Assembly (NCBI GenBank): GCA_944389495.1
Contig: CALXMN010000001.1
Location: forward strand, 7,551 to 71,550
Direction of reading: 5' to 3'
Source of the DNA: an uncultured Alphaproteobacteria bacterium
GTDB lineage: Bacteria; Pseudomonadota; Alphaproteobacteria; Rs-D84
Length of the DNA stretch: 64,000 nt
The translations under genes were made by a program, and so were the position numbers. Under the pieces are notes generated by a model. That model worked only from the letters and a program-made list of their open reading frames with translations, searched no databases and was not told where the DNA came from. The stretch's first letter is position 1. The number at the start of each line of letters is the position of its first letter. Shown here piece by piece: positions 8,629-19,065 of this stretch.

Positions 8629-10752
8629 ATGCTACAAAATCTTAACCCGGAACAAAAATTGGCGGTCGAAACGACTGATGGGCCATTATTGGTGCTGTCG
8701 GGTGCGGGCACGGGTAAAACGCGCGTTTTAACCACCCGGGTGGCATATATATTGAATTCTGGTTTGGCATTACCGTGGCAGGTGTTGGCCCTTACATTCA
8801 CGAACAAGGCCGCAAATGAAATGAAGGCGCGTCTGGCTGCATTTGCTGATGATGGTACGTGGTATGCGGGCGATGTATGGTGTGGAACGTTTCATTCAAT
8901 TTGTTTGCGGATATTGCGGTCTAATGCGGACGCGGCTGGTTTGCGTCGTGATTTCTTGATATATGGCGAAGATGAACAAAAAACTGTTATTAAAAATGTT
9001 TTGGCCGATATGGGGATGGACGTCAAAGATTTCAGTCCCGCCGATTGGGTTGAACGTATTTCTGCAATCAAAGACAGGGGCTTGCACGGCACAGAACACA
9101 CGTCCGCCGTTGCATTAAAGATATTAAATGCATACAACGCAGAATTGGCGCGTCTTGGTGCGGTGGATTTTGGTGATATTATTTTAAAAGTTTTGGGTTT
9201 GTTTGACGCATTTCCTGATATTCTTGCCCGGTACCAGCGTCAGTTTAAATATATCCTGGTTGACGAGTTCCAGGATACAAACGCCGCTCAGATGCAGTTA
9301 TTACAAATGTTAACACGTGGTATTGAAAATCCGAATATATGCTGTGTTGGTGATGACGACCAATCGATTTATTCGTGGCGTGGTGCGGAAATAAAAAACA
9401 TTTTAAATTTTGAAAAGACATTTCCAAATGCCAAGGTTATCCGTTTGGAAACCAATTATCGCAGTACACCAAATATTTTGGGGGCGGCAAATTCTTTGAT
9501 ACGGCATAATACCGGTCGTCTTGGCAAAGATTTGCGTACACCGGATACATCCACACCTGGCGAGCCGGTTTATGTTTTAACCGTCCCCAGTGATTTTGAC
9601 GAGGCGCGCATTGTTGCAGATACAATTATGTCCAAATCATCGGATATGCCGTATTCTGGTTTTGCAATATTAATTCGTGCGGGCTCGTTATCACGTTTGT
9701 TTGAAGAAGAATTTACATCGCGTGGTATACCGTATAAATTAATTGGTGCGACCAAGTTCTATGATCGTGCCGAAATACGTGATGTGATTGCGTATTTACG
9801 ATTACTGGTATATCCGTTTGATGATATATCGTTTATGCGTGTTATTGGGCGCCCACGTCGTGGGTTTGGGCCATCTGCGATTGCGCGTCTGCGTACCGCG
9901 GGTGAAAATCTGATGGATGGGTTACGCCACGCGCAATTAACCACGCGTCAGCGTGCGGCCGCAGATGCATTTTTGGCGGCGTTTGATTTTGACTGGGCGG
10001 GCATTGCGCCAATGGATGCCGCCCAAAAGTTGTTGGATAATGTGGGCTATATAAAAATGTGGCGTGAATCCAAGGATGCGGATGCAACCGACCGATTGGA
10101 TAATATACGCGAATTAATAACAAACGTAATTGCCAAGTATGACACTTTGTCGGAATTTTTAGAGCACGCGGCATTGATGATGACGGACGATAATGATTCA
10201 GATGATGCAAACTCTGTGGCTGATGCGGTCAGCATTATGACAATTCACGCGGCCAAGGGGCTGGAATTTGATACGGTTTTTCTGCCCGCCTGGGAAGAGG
10301 GTATTTTCCCCAATGATATGGCGGTCCAGTCCGGCGGGCAAGAGGAAGAGCGTCGTCTTGCATACGTTGCGATTACACGTGCGCGTCGTCGTGCGATAAT
10401 AATAAACACAATGTCACGAATGCTGTTTGGTGAACGTCGCTATAATTCGCCCAGTCGCTTTATTACCGAAATGGATAACCGCTTTTTGGATTTCCAGGGT
10501 GGTGCGCCACGTTCTTATGTGTATGGTAACTATGGTGATGGGGCATATTCGCATTCGCGTGGTGGCACATTAAATACGGTTTCGCGTATGCGACGTACAA
10601 CAGAACATAAATCTGCGGTGGGTCGTTTGGTATCACACGATGAATTGGGCAATGGCGTTATAATCGAAGAAAACGGTGATATACTGACAATTGCCTTTAA
10701 GGCCAAAGGTATAAAAAAGGTTGCCCGCCAATATATTAAGTTTATCGATTAA
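8629..10752 (+). CDS. uvrD: UvrD/PcrA family DNA helicase
   Basis: SGAGTGKT, TFTNKAA, VDEFQD, VGDDDQSIYSWRGA, HAAKGLEF, EERRLAYVAITRAR. Confidence 0.95.
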   Translation: MLQNLNPEQKLAVETTDGPLLVLSGAGTGKTRVLTTRVAYILNSGLALPWQVLALTFTNKAANEMKARLAAFADDGTWYAGDVWCGTFHSICLRILRSNADAAGLRRDFLIYGEDEQKTVIKNVLADMGMDVKDFSPADWVERISAIKDRGLHGTEHTSAVALKILNAYNAELARLGAVDFGDIILKVLGLFDAFPDILARYQRQFKYILVDEFQDTNAAQMQLLQMLTRGIENPNICCVGDDDQSIYSWRGAEIKNILNFEKTFPNAKVIRLETNYRSTPNILGAANSLIRHNTGRLGKDLRTPDTSTPGEPVYVLTVPSDFDEARIVADTIMSKSSDMPYSGFAILIRAGSLSRLFEEEFTSRGIPYKLIGATKFYDRAEIRDVIAYLRLLVYPFDDISFMRVIGRPRRGFGPSAIARLRTAGENLMDGLRHAQLTTRQRAAADAFLAAFDFDWAGIAPMDAAQKLLDNVGYIKMWRESKDADATDRLDNIRELITNVIAKYDTLSEFLEHAALMMTDDNDSDDANSVADAVSIMTIHAAKGLEFDTVFLPAWEEGIFPNDMAVQSGGQEEERRLAYVAITRARRRAIIINTMSRMLFGERRYNSPSRFITEMDNRFLDFQGGAPRSYVYGNYGDGAYSHSRGGTLNTVSRMRRTTEHKSAVGRLVSHDELGNGVIIEENGDILTIAFKAKGIKKVARQYIKFID

Positions 10753-10776
10753 AAAAATCCGCGTTGCGCGGACTTT

Positions 10777-12075
10777 TTATTTTTTCTTGCGAATAATACT
10801 GATTACTCTTTTACCCCAGTTAACAGAATTATTCCACAGTTTACTTATATCGCCACCGAACTTTTTACCAAAACTGTCGTCAATGGCCCCCCCAAGGTTC
10901 CCCGCGATTTCATCGGCCCTGTTTGCCAGATATGCCACCAATAACCCGGTCATAAGTGTTATAATAAATCCACTGTTTTCCAAACTTGGTATGTTTGTGG
11001 CCAAATTTGCATCCACGGTCCCCGCCAATAATGCCGCACACAGTGCCACCACAATGGACAGTGATACAAAATATATTGCCGCATTTATAAAGCGCATAAT
11101 TTGTTTTGATAAAGATTCCGGACTGAATAATCCCAAGAATCCATTAAATATATCGCCGACAATGCCTTTGTACGATGTTTTGTTAATTGTCTGGGCAATT
11201 GCGGTAAATGGTAACATTATAACCCCCAAGAACAGATCGACAATTACACCAAATCCCATTAATGCAAACTTAAACGCATTGTAAACGAATATAACAATAA
11301 ACACCGCCCCAACCAGTGTTGTAAATGCGCTGTGCCCGATGCCGGAAATCATCCATTTCCATCCGGCGGCAATCGCGGTCATAAAAAATCCAGACAAACG
11401 TGTCGGCACACAAAGCATATTTGCCACAGAATTTGCATCAACTAACATTGTGTCCGCCATATTTGTGGCGGCATATTCGCGAATTGCGGCACACGTATCC
11501 GGCAATTGCGCCCCCGTGGCATTGGCCACCGCCCCCAGTATTAAATCAGACATATATGTTGCAACGCCAATAATTGGTCCAATAATCCACATAAACACCT
11601 GGGCCGGGCCAAACGCCAATATGATTGACCATATTGCGACGACCGCGCCCTTTTTTACCAAATTCACCCCCAGTTCCATTGCGCTGGAACCCTTGGTCAT
11701 CATATTGTATGCTTCGAACATAACCCAGAATATATACGCAACAATCATAAATATGATTGCAAATCGCACCAGCGATGAATCCAGCATATCCGCAACCAGT
11801 GACATTCCCTGCATTAATGCAAAGCCAATTTTCGCCTCGATCGGGACATAGTCAGGCACCAACTGGGTCGCTTGAAATTCCGATTGGAATTCGGTCATAT
11901 CTTGGCCGATTGTATTATTAAATGTTGCCAGGTTGTCGGCCGTCATCCAATTGCCGTAATCGCCAATTTCACTGAATGGTGCATTGGTTGTTGCCGCCAC
12001 GGTGGGTGATGCAATTAAAATTACGGCCACGGCGGCAATTAAGATTTTGTTTAAGATATGTTTTAAATATTTCAT
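10777..12075 (-). CDS. Polytopic membrane protein, VirB6/TrbL-like paralog 4
   Basis: Many TM segments, Cys-containing periplasmic loop, LFLGVIMLPF motif, basic C-terminal helix; overlaps its neighbour. Confidence 0.55.
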   Translation of the reverse strand: MKYLKHILNKILIAAVAVILIASPTVAATTNAPFSEIGDYGNWMTADNLATFNNTIGQDMTEFQSEFQATQLVPDYVPIEAKIGFALMQGMSLVADMLDSSLVRFAIIFMIVAYIFWVMFEAYNMMTKGSSAMELGVNLVKKGAVVAIWSIILAFGPAQVFMWIIGPIIGVATYMSDLILGAVANATGAQLPDTCAAIREYAATNMADTMLVDANSVANMLCVPTRLSGFFMTAIAAGWKWMISGIGHSAFTTLVGAVFIVIFVYNAFKFALMGFGVIVDLFLGVIMLPFTAIAQTINKTSYKGIVGDIFNGFLGLFSPESLSKQIMRFINAAIYFVSLSIVVALCAALLAGTVDANLATNIPSLENSGFIITLMTGLLVAYLANRADEIAGNLGGAIDDSFGKKFGGDISKLWNNSVNWGKRVISIIRKKK

Positions 12076-13514
12076 TATTTTTTACCAACCGCCTTGGATA
12101 TTATGTCGAAAAGTTGCTTTGGTGCGTTCCATATTTTCGTTCCCAAATCTTTGGCCCAGTTACCAAAGTCAAATTGTTCTTTGCCACCAATATTTAATAC
12201 GCCATCAACCTTGGGCTTGATGGTATAGAAATACAACAGGCAGATTAAAAACATCATCAGCAAGAAATCCCACCCATCGCGCATAAAGTCAAATGCGCCG
12301 GGGTATTGTGTCTCTGCCATATTGCGTTGTGCGGTAAAGCAATCACGGAATTTATCTGCGTCCATTTCGCCATCGACGGTTGCCACTGTCTCGCAGACAG
12401 AGAACGCGTTTATAACAGACATTGTTTGCGCATCTGGGTTTTTAATTTCTTGGCCCATCATTGGGGGCAATATTGCACTGTACCCATCAACGGGACCGGG
12501 GAAGTATGCATCTGCGGCGTACGCGACGATGGCGTATGTAATAATAACCTTTAATGTTATCCCAACGATTTGAATTGCAGACTTAACCAGCGTGTTAATT
12601 GCGCCCTTGACCACGCCCGCGGCCAAAGACCAGGTTTGTTCAAATGCTGCCGCCGCCAACAGCAGGGGCAAAAATATAATTAAAAATACTAATTTAAAGA
12701 TAACGGTCAGAACCTGGAACACCAAATCAAATCCGATAATCAAGAACATCAGCACCAATGTTAATCCTGCAATCCAGGTAAACACCCCGCCACCCATATC
12801 CATCCAGGCATAGTTCATCAGGGAAAATCCACCCGCCGCCCCGGCCAGCATTACGCTGTTGATATTTCCCATAACGCACATAAATGGTTGCAAAATCGGG
12901 TTTAGTATATCGCCGGTTGCATCGCCAATGTTTGCGGTGGCGCCGCATTGTGCGGCATCATTAACCCCAGTTGCGGCCATAGATAATTCTGCACCGACAA
13001 ACAGTACGGGTGTAATGGTTATATTTGCAACTGTTCGCAGGGCGGCACTGCCACCCATACCCAATGCGCCCATCAATGCGCCAACAATCAAGACACGTGC
13101 GCCTTGGCGCCAAACTTTGTCGAACCAGGCCTGGAATTCCAGTTTTTTTTCAGATGTATCCAATGTTGCGGTTTTTTTTGTGGCATCAAATATATATTTA
13201 CCGGTGTGTATAAATAAAAATATTCCGAAACCTATTGCCATCAATATCCATATATTGTCCACCATCGCGTTCCAGAACAATTCCGCGGCATCACCAATCA
13301 CGGCAAATAATTGTTCTATGTATCCGCACAGGAAACATCCATTTGCGGTTGCGATGTCACCATTTTGCACACCGATTGCGTGCAAAAATCCGTCCATACT
13401 AGTGTACGTTATTGCGGCCCCGCCGATTGATGAAGATAAATACCAAATCCCAACTCCCAGCGCGATTGCACCCATTAAAATACGTATGGCAACGGATATC
13501 AGTGTCGCCTTCAT
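12075..13514 (-). CDS. Polytopic membrane protein, VirB6/TrbL-like paralog 3
   Basis: N-terminal CFLC motif, FLPLLLAAAAFEQTW, multiple TMs. Confidence 0.55.
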   Translation of the reverse strand: MKATLISVAIRILMGAIALGVGIWYLSSSIGGAAITYTSMDGFLHAIGVQNGDIATANGCFLCGYIEQLFAVIGDAAELFWNAMVDNIWILMAIGFGIFLFIHTGKYIFDATKKTATLDTSEKKLEFQAWFDKVWRQGARVLIVGALMGALGMGGSAALRTVANITITPVLFVGAELSMAATGVNDAAQCGATANIGDATGDILNPILQPFMCVMGNINSVMLAGAAGGFSLMNYAWMDMGGGVFTWIAGLTLVLMFLIIGFDLVFQVLTVIFKLVFLIIFLPLLLAAAAFEQTWSLAAGVVKGAINTLVKSAIQIVGITLKVIITYAIVAYAADAYFPGPVDGYSAILPPMMGQEIKNPDAQTMSVINAFSVCETVATVDGEMDADKFRDCFTAQRNMAETQYPGAFDFMRDGWDFLLMMFLICLLYFYTIKPKVDGVLNIGGKEQFDFGNWAKDLGTKIWNAPKQLFDIISKAVGKK

Positions 13515-14698
13515 TTAGTGTCCTTTTTTTCGCCGCCGGACAATATATTTTTCCCAACTTTTTTTGCCATATCAACGATATTGGTGGTCAGTTTCATTGC
13601 ATCATTGGCCAACTGTTCACTTAATTGATTTTCGGCCGACACCCCAAATGCATCCAGTACCATTTTTGTAACGTTTGGAATTTCTTTATAAAGTGTGTTC
13701 AGTACATATACCAATATTACACATCCACCAATTGTCATCGCGGCCAGGTTGTCATCTGATAAATCGCCTGCGAAAATGTTTCCATTGGTAATCAGTTCCA
13801 TAATTTCTGTGGTGCTTTGTCCGGGCGCGGCAAAGAACTTAGAAATAATTACCATAATAACCGTATATGTTAAAACCGCAGCGGCCAAGGCGATAATCGC
13901 ATTAATCAGATTTTTAAATTGATTCGTGCCAACCTTTTTCCCAAGATTTGACATCCATCCCGGTGCATCACCACCCTTGAACGCCACCAGTATTAATGAC
14001 AGCGGGAAAAAGAAAGCAAAGAATGTCATTGCAACAATAATATCTGCAAAATAGCAGCAAAATCGCCAAAACAATTTAAAAAATCCATAGAACAAATATG
14101 CACCAATAAAGAATAAAATAATGTGCTTAATCAAAGAACCTATGCCCAACAGCGCGTCCAAAGAAAACGCCTTGTCCATAACTGCAATGCCCAGTTTCAT
14201 ATATGATTGAAATTGCGTAATGGTTGTTTTCATCAACATAACAATCGTATCACGCAGTTCTGGCCGGAAAAATCCATCATCAGAAATTTCCATTGGTTGA
14301 TATGTGACACGTTCGTTAACATCTTCGGGATTTGTTTGCAGCATACTTTGCGTATAAATCAGTGTAATGTTTGCGACGGGTTCAAATGTAATTGATGTTA
14401 TAAACCGCGGCAGCATAATTCCCATACTTAACAGGGCCAACGCAACCAAAGAATTAATAATTACGGGTTTAACCGATTTTTGATAGAACGGATCAGAAAC
14501 ATCGTTCTTCATATTTTTCCATACTGCATTTACGATATAAAACGCGAACAGTACACAGAATAAAATTACACAGAATATTACAAATTGATCATACACAGCG
14601 GCGGCGGCATTCGACACAATTTGAAATAAACGGTCAAACACCGGACAGCCCCAACACTGTACGGTGGTGTCAACCAAAGATCCCATAAATCCGTTCAT
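13511..14698 (-). CDS. Polytopic membrane protein, VirB6/TrbL-like paralog 2
   Basis: N-terminal CWGC motif, FFPLSLILVAF, multiple TMs; 4-nt overlaps at both ends. Confidence 0.55.
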   Translation of the reverse strand: MNGFMGSLVDTTVQCWGCPVFDRLFQIVSNAAAAVYDQFVIFCVILFCVLFAFYIVNAVWKNMKNDVSDPFYQKSVKPVIINSLVALALLSMGIMLPRFITSITFEPVANITLIYTQSMLQTNPEDVNERVTYQPMEISDDGFFRPELRDTIVMLMKTTITQFQSYMKLGIAVMDKAFSLDALLGIGSLIKHIILFFIGAYLFYGFFKLFWRFCCYFADIIVAMTFFAFFFPLSLILVAFKGGDAPGWMSNLGKKVGTNQFKNLINAIIALAAAVLTYTVIMVIISKFFAAPGQSTTEIMELITNGNIFAGDLSDDNLAAMTIGGCVILVYVLNTLYKEIPNVTKMVLDAFGVSAENQLSEQLANDAMKLTTNIVDMAKKVGKNILSGGEKKDTK

Positions 14699-15963
14699 TT
14701 CTTTTTAATCCACCCAAACGCCTTGCCCAGGGTTGTCCCCAGGTTTTTAATGTTTTTCACGGTTTTTGTTGCGTCGCCTGTAACTTGTGTATACAGATTG
14801 TCCATTCCTTTACCAACGTACGAATTTAACTGTTCCCGTGTCAGGTTAAATATGCGGAACATTAAATAGAATGTTAATATTGCCGACAACCATAACACAG
14901 AATGTGCGCCAAATCCCAAAGATGCGGTTGCCACCGGAACGTTTGATGTCGCACTGCCCCCGGCGGCGACAACGAATACAGATGAATTCCATTGAAACAA
15001 AGATTTTATTACCGCCAGGTTTACACACAGTATAAACACGCACGCAATCATTGTGATAACAATTTTTTGCAGTGCCTTGGTAATTCCCCCGAATGCAGGC
15101 CACAGGTCAAACCATTTATCACTTGGTTTTACGACATAGGCCAAAACCTGGAATGGATAGAGTATCAATGCCATTCCAAAATTAAATATCGCCTGGATAA
15201 TCAACAGTGCCATAAATAAGTTACTGGCGACAAATGTGAACACCAGGAATATTCCCGTAACTATGTTTAAAAAGTTTTCCCCCCCGTGTGGAATAAGTGT
15301 TATCAGACCACGCAACCCGGTATTAATAAAATCGAAACCGCGTTTTATAATTTGATTGTTTGCGTGCGATATATCAGATACGGGTTGAATCAGAAATTCA
15401 CAACTTTCTTGGCTTATCCATCCTTGTTGGATTATTGATTCTGGGCATTGCATTTTTGGTGCTTTGGCGCCGGTTTCATTTATTGTATTTGAAATACTTT
15501 CTGTATATATTGCCCCGAATTGCAGAAACGGATTAACCAACCATTCTGTTAGATATACGGGTTTTATTTGTAACAGTACTGTAACCGCAATGATGGCACG
15601 AATTGATGGCTTCAGCAGGTTCGTTGCGATTGTAAATCCATCGATGCCGCCCGACATTTCGCCGCCGCCCGAGAATCCGAAAAACGAAACCCAGATTTTT
15701 GGGAAATACATTTTTATCAGGTACAACGCCATTGATACCGCCAAAAATCCCCATACCAAGATATATATAATTCCATTTCCGCGTCCGACAAAGAATTCAT
15801 AACCGCCCGTTGCAACGGCCAACAGTGCATCCAAAACGGTTGGAATAATCGGTGCCAGGTTTAGCGCATCAACAATTGCGTAATCTGCGGCATTGGCGCA
15901 CATTGGCAAAAACAATGCCATTGCCACAGTTGCAAAAAAACATACACGTTTGAAAAAAAACAT
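14695..15963 (-). CDS. Polytopic membrane protein, VirB6/TrbL-like paralog 1
   Basis: Signal/TM segment, Cys pair in loop, LILYPFQVLAYV, basic C-terminus; ATG 15963 chosen as start. Confidence 0.55.
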   Translation of the reverse strand: MFFFKRVCFFATVAMALFLPMCANAADYAIVDALNLAPIIPTVLDALLAVATGGYEFFVGRGNGIIYILVWGFLAVSMALYLIKMYFPKIWVSFFGFSGGGEMSGGIDGFTIATNLLKPSIRAIIAVTVLLQIKPVYLTEWLVNPFLQFGAIYTESISNTINETGAKAPKMQCPESIIQQGWISQESCEFLIQPVSDISHANNQIIKRGFDFINTGLRGLITLIPHGGENFLNIVTGIFLVFTFVASNLFMALLIIQAIFNFGMALILYPFQVLAYVVKPSDKWFDLWPAFGGITKALQKIVITMIACVFILCVNLAVIKSLFQWNSSVFVVAAGGSATSNVPVATASLGFGAHSVLWLSAILTFYLMFRIFNLTREQLNSYVGKGMDNLYTQVTGDATKTVKNIKNLGTTLGKAFGWIKKK

Positions 15964-16031
15964 TACTCTCGGACTTTTTTGTCTTTTCAATTATATCACA
16001 TTTAGGGCAAAATATGATATACTTAAAAACA

Positions 16032-17321
16032 ATGAATAAACTAAAAAAGTTCTGGATTATTTTTTTATCCTTTCTGCCGTTTTCGGCGGGCGCGGTTGCA
16101 CCATTTGTTGTCGGCGCAATTGCGGGTGTTGGGGTAATTGCGGGATTTTCTATATACAGAACGGCGGCGCCGGTTAATATGGCGGACGCATTGAATTTTT
16201 TTTCCAGTTGTTGGTCGTGCCAAATGTTTTCAGATGTTATGGCAACGATGTCTGGATTGGTGCCGCGTGTTTATGACGCATTGGGGTCTGTGATTGTTCC
16301 GTTTGGTGCGGCATTAATGGCGATATGGTTCGCGTGGAAATTATTTTCCGGATTTATAAATGCCAAGATTAACGAACCCTGGTCGATTGTCAGTGATTTT
16401 GGTACCAAGTTTATCAAGTTGGCATTTGTGGCGGCATTGTTGGCTGTGCCGTTGCCGCGTATGTTGACCGATATTGTCATAGAACCGATATTTAATGTTG
16501 GTTTGTCATTGAATCGTGTTGTCGCCGGTGACGATGAATTTGCCAAGTGCGTCGTTGCAACGGCCGTTGCGGACCCTACGTCGGTCAGTGTTGATGCCGC
16601 GTCTGCGGGTGCATTTTCGCCACGTCTGCGTCATAATTTATCGTGTGAAATTGCCAATGTTCATCAAATGACAGGTTTGGGGATGACGGTTGGTTGGACT
16701 ATGCTGAATATGGCATTTAACGAAGAATATATGCATCATATTCTATGGGATATTCCGATTTTCCCAAACATTCCGATTTTCTTTGCTGGATTGCTGATAC
16801 TGGCGTTGTTTTTTGCGGCATTATTACCGATACCATTATATTTTCTAGAGGTTTTTATAAAACTGTCTATGGATTTGATAATGTTGCCGTTTATGATGCT
16901 GTCGTGGTTGTTCAAGGGATGGGGAATATTTCCAAATGGCGGACGTAACATAAGGTCTATGTTGGACGATGTGATTCGTGCCACCGGTGGTATTGCATTG
17001 ATTGGCGTATTTATTACCTTTGCCGTAATGTTTTTGAATGCGGTGTTTGGCCGTTGGCAGGGTGCGGACAGATTGGCCGCTGCATTATCACAAAACGATT
17101 CGACGATTTTGATGGATGGCCTGATGATGCGCAACGACAGTATTATAACGATTCTGTTAATGGGCATATTTATTGCGATGTTTATGACGATGATACCTGT
17201 ATTGGTAAAGACGCTGTTCGCCAATGTATCCATACCAAAAACATTTTATGAAACGACGGTAAAAAATTTAAATACAGTGTGGGGAAACCTTAAAAAATGG
17301 TACGCCGCACTAAAAAAATAA
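16032..17321 (+). CDS. Polytopic membrane protein, VirB6/TrbL-like paralog 5 (divergent)
   Basis: CWSC motif, LIMLPFMMLSWLF, similar topology to the four minus-strand genes. Confidence 0.55.
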   Translation: MNKLKKFWIIFLSFLPFSAGAVAPFVVGAIAGVGVIAGFSIYRTAAPVNMADALNFFSSCWSCQMFSDVMATMSGLVPRVYDALGSVIVPFGAALMAIWFAWKLFSGFINAKINEPWSIVSDFGTKFIKLAFVAALLAVPLPRMLTDIVIEPIFNVGLSLNRVVAGDDEFAKCVVATAVADPTSVSVDAASAGAFSPRLRHNLSCEIANVHQMTGLGMTVGWTMLNMAFNEEYMHHILWDIPIFPNIPIFFAGLLILALFFAALLPIPLYFLEVFIKLSMDLIMLPFMMLSWLFKGWGIFPNGGRNIRSMLDDVIRATGGIALIGVFITFAVMFLNAVFGRWQGADRLAAALSQNDSTILMDGLMMRNDSIITILLMGIFIAMFMTMIPVLVKTLFANVSIPKTFYETTVKNLNTVWGNLKKWYAALKK

Positions 17322-17389
17322 AAAATCAAGTGCTTTATTTAACGTGCCCCCCTTTTTTGTATAAACCGAATCTGATATAATTCATAGCA

Positions 17390-17905
17390 ATGAGGCACTT
17401 TCCGATTCTTTACTGGCCACGCAAGACAACCGCCGACCCGGATTACCAGTTGGCGCGCAAGGTCATAAATAATACCGCCGGTGTGATGCCGGATGTTATA
17501 ACCGGCGATTTGGATTTGATGGGGCTTTTGGCCAAGAATCCAAATGCAACAATATATTATCCTGTATTTTGTGAATCGACCGGTTGGTGGGGGGAATTGT
17601 TGGGCGGCAATGCCGTTGTAACGGACAAATTAATTATATCCCCGGAATGTCAGTTAATGGTCATAGAATCAGAACATACGGCCGGTACATCGACGCGTGG
17701 CAAAAATCAACTGTTGGCGGCGGAAATCTATCCAGCCAGCGGTTTTTTCAAGAAAATGAATTCTGGTATTGCGACGGTTGCAGATATGTTGGCAACGGAT
17801 GCCGGCACGATTTTGGCACTGTTTGCGGGGAAAAGTCCCACCCAGTTTATAAATGTTTTGGAATCAACGGGAAATTCATATTTGGGATGTATTGGTCGGT
17901 ATTAA
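17390..17905 (+). CDS. Hypothetical protein
   Basis: 171-aa ORF filling the gap; TATAAT 8 nt upstream of ATG; no family recognised. Confidence 0.7.
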   Translation: MRHFPILYWPRKTTADPDYQLARKVINNTAGVMPDVITGDLDLMGLLAKNPNATIYYPVFCESTGWWGELLGGNAVVTDKLIISPECQLMVIESEHTAGTSTRGKNQLLAAEIYPASGFFKKMNSGIATVADMLATDAGTILALFAGKSPTQFINVLESTGNSYLGCIGRY

Positions 17906-17919
17906 TGTTTTAATATTGC

Positions 17920-17947
17920 TTGATTTCTGGAAAAATACTTGTATAAT
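17920..17947 (+). promoter_or_regulatory. Sigma70-type promoter of rpmE
   Basis: TTGATT-16nt-TATAAT with TG upstream. Confidence 0.55.
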
Positions 17948-17980
17948 TTCGGGGCTTATGAAATAAAAAGGGTAAATACG

Positions 17981-18193
17981 ATGAAAAAAGGAATTCATCC
18001 GGAATACTATGAAATCAACGTCACGATGACGGACGGTAACACTGTAAAAATGTATTCTTCGGTTAAAAAAGATTTAATTTTGTCTACGGATAACCTGAAT
18101 CATTCCGCGTGGACCGGCCAACGCAGCAATGCCGGCGAAAAGGGACAACGCGCAACCAAATTTAAAAGCAAATTTGCAGGATTCAATTTTTAA
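17981..18193 (+). CDS. rpmE: 50S ribosomal protein L31 (Zn-free type)
   Basis: MKKGIHPEY...H.AWTG...KF..KF. Confidence 0.95.
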   Translation: MKKGIHPEYYEINVTMTDGNTVKMYSSVKKDLILSTDNLNHSAWTGQRSNAGEKGQRATKFKSKFAGFNF

Positions 18194-18217
18194 TATAATT
18201 ATATACGGGGCGGGGCA

Positions 18218-18922
18218 ATGGAACTGCTGATCAAAGGTTCGACCGAATTAAACAAAATGTTTATGGCGTTGCAACGAACGGCATCCGGCCTGCGTCACGA
18301 TTTTGGCGAGGTGGAAAATCTGCAACAATCCCTGCACGGTGCGCGTGACTTTGTAAAAAAGGCCGCGAGTCGTATCGAAGAAAGCATTTTGTCCGATTTG
18401 CTGTTGGTGCGTCCGGCGGCGGGTTTGTTGACCCCGAATGTGACACGCGACGGCGCGGGGCGTGAAGAATTTGTATTATCGCTTTCGGGTGCGGCGAATT
18501 TTGTTCGCGCGAATCCGCATTTTGCAATATCATTGGCATTGCGTTCGAATGACGAAACGAAAATCGCATTGGTATATTCACCAATTGATGAACGTTTGTA
18601 TTATGCCGAGTTGGGACGTGGCGCATACGTTTTTTCGGCATATCATTCTGCGCGCGTTCGTGTATCTAATTTATCAGAAACGGCGGATTTAACGGTTGCG
18701 TATAATACCACGTATGCGCGGCGCACAATTGGTGATGTGCGTCGTACGGGATGTCCGGCATTGGATTTGGCGTGGGTTGCATCTGGTAAATTTGATGGAT
18801 ATGTTTCTGATCCGTTGGATTTTGCAGAAATTGCGGCGGGCGACCTGCTTGTACGCGAGGCCGGCGGAAAAATCACAATGGATTCTGAATTAATTGCGAC
18901 CAACGGCCACATAGATTTATAG
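18218..18922 (+). CDS. suhB: Inositol monophosphatase family protein (SuhB-like), catalytic motifs degenerate
   Basis: RHDFGEVENLQ, NF...PHFAISLAL, RRTGCPALDLAWVASGKFDG, IAAG.LLVREAGG; DPxDGT motif absent. Confidence 0.75.
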   Translation: MELLIKGSTELNKMFMALQRTASGLRHDFGEVENLQQSLHGARDFVKKAASRIEESILSDLLLVRPAAGLLTPNVTRDGAGREEFVLSLSGAANFVRANPHFAISLALRSNDETKIALVYSPIDERLYYAELGRGAYVFSAYHSARVRVSNLSETADLTVAYNTTYARRTIGDVRRTGCPALDLAWVASGKFDGYVSDPLDFAEIAAGDLLVREAGGKITMDSELIATNGHIDL

Positions 18923-18948
18923 TTTTTTTGTTTGATGGCTTGGTTTAT

Positions 18949-18970
18949 CCCGCACAAACGCGGGGTTTTT
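18949..18970 (+). terminator. Intrinsic terminator of rpmE-suhB
   Basis: CCCGC-ACAAAC-GCGGG followed by GTTTTT. Confidence 0.6.
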
Positions 18971-19065
18971 ATTTGATGGTCCGGTGCGAATGATTTTTAG
19001 CCAGAATCGAGAAACACATCACTTAATTATCTTTTGCCGGGTCAAAAAATAAAAACCCGGGCCAG

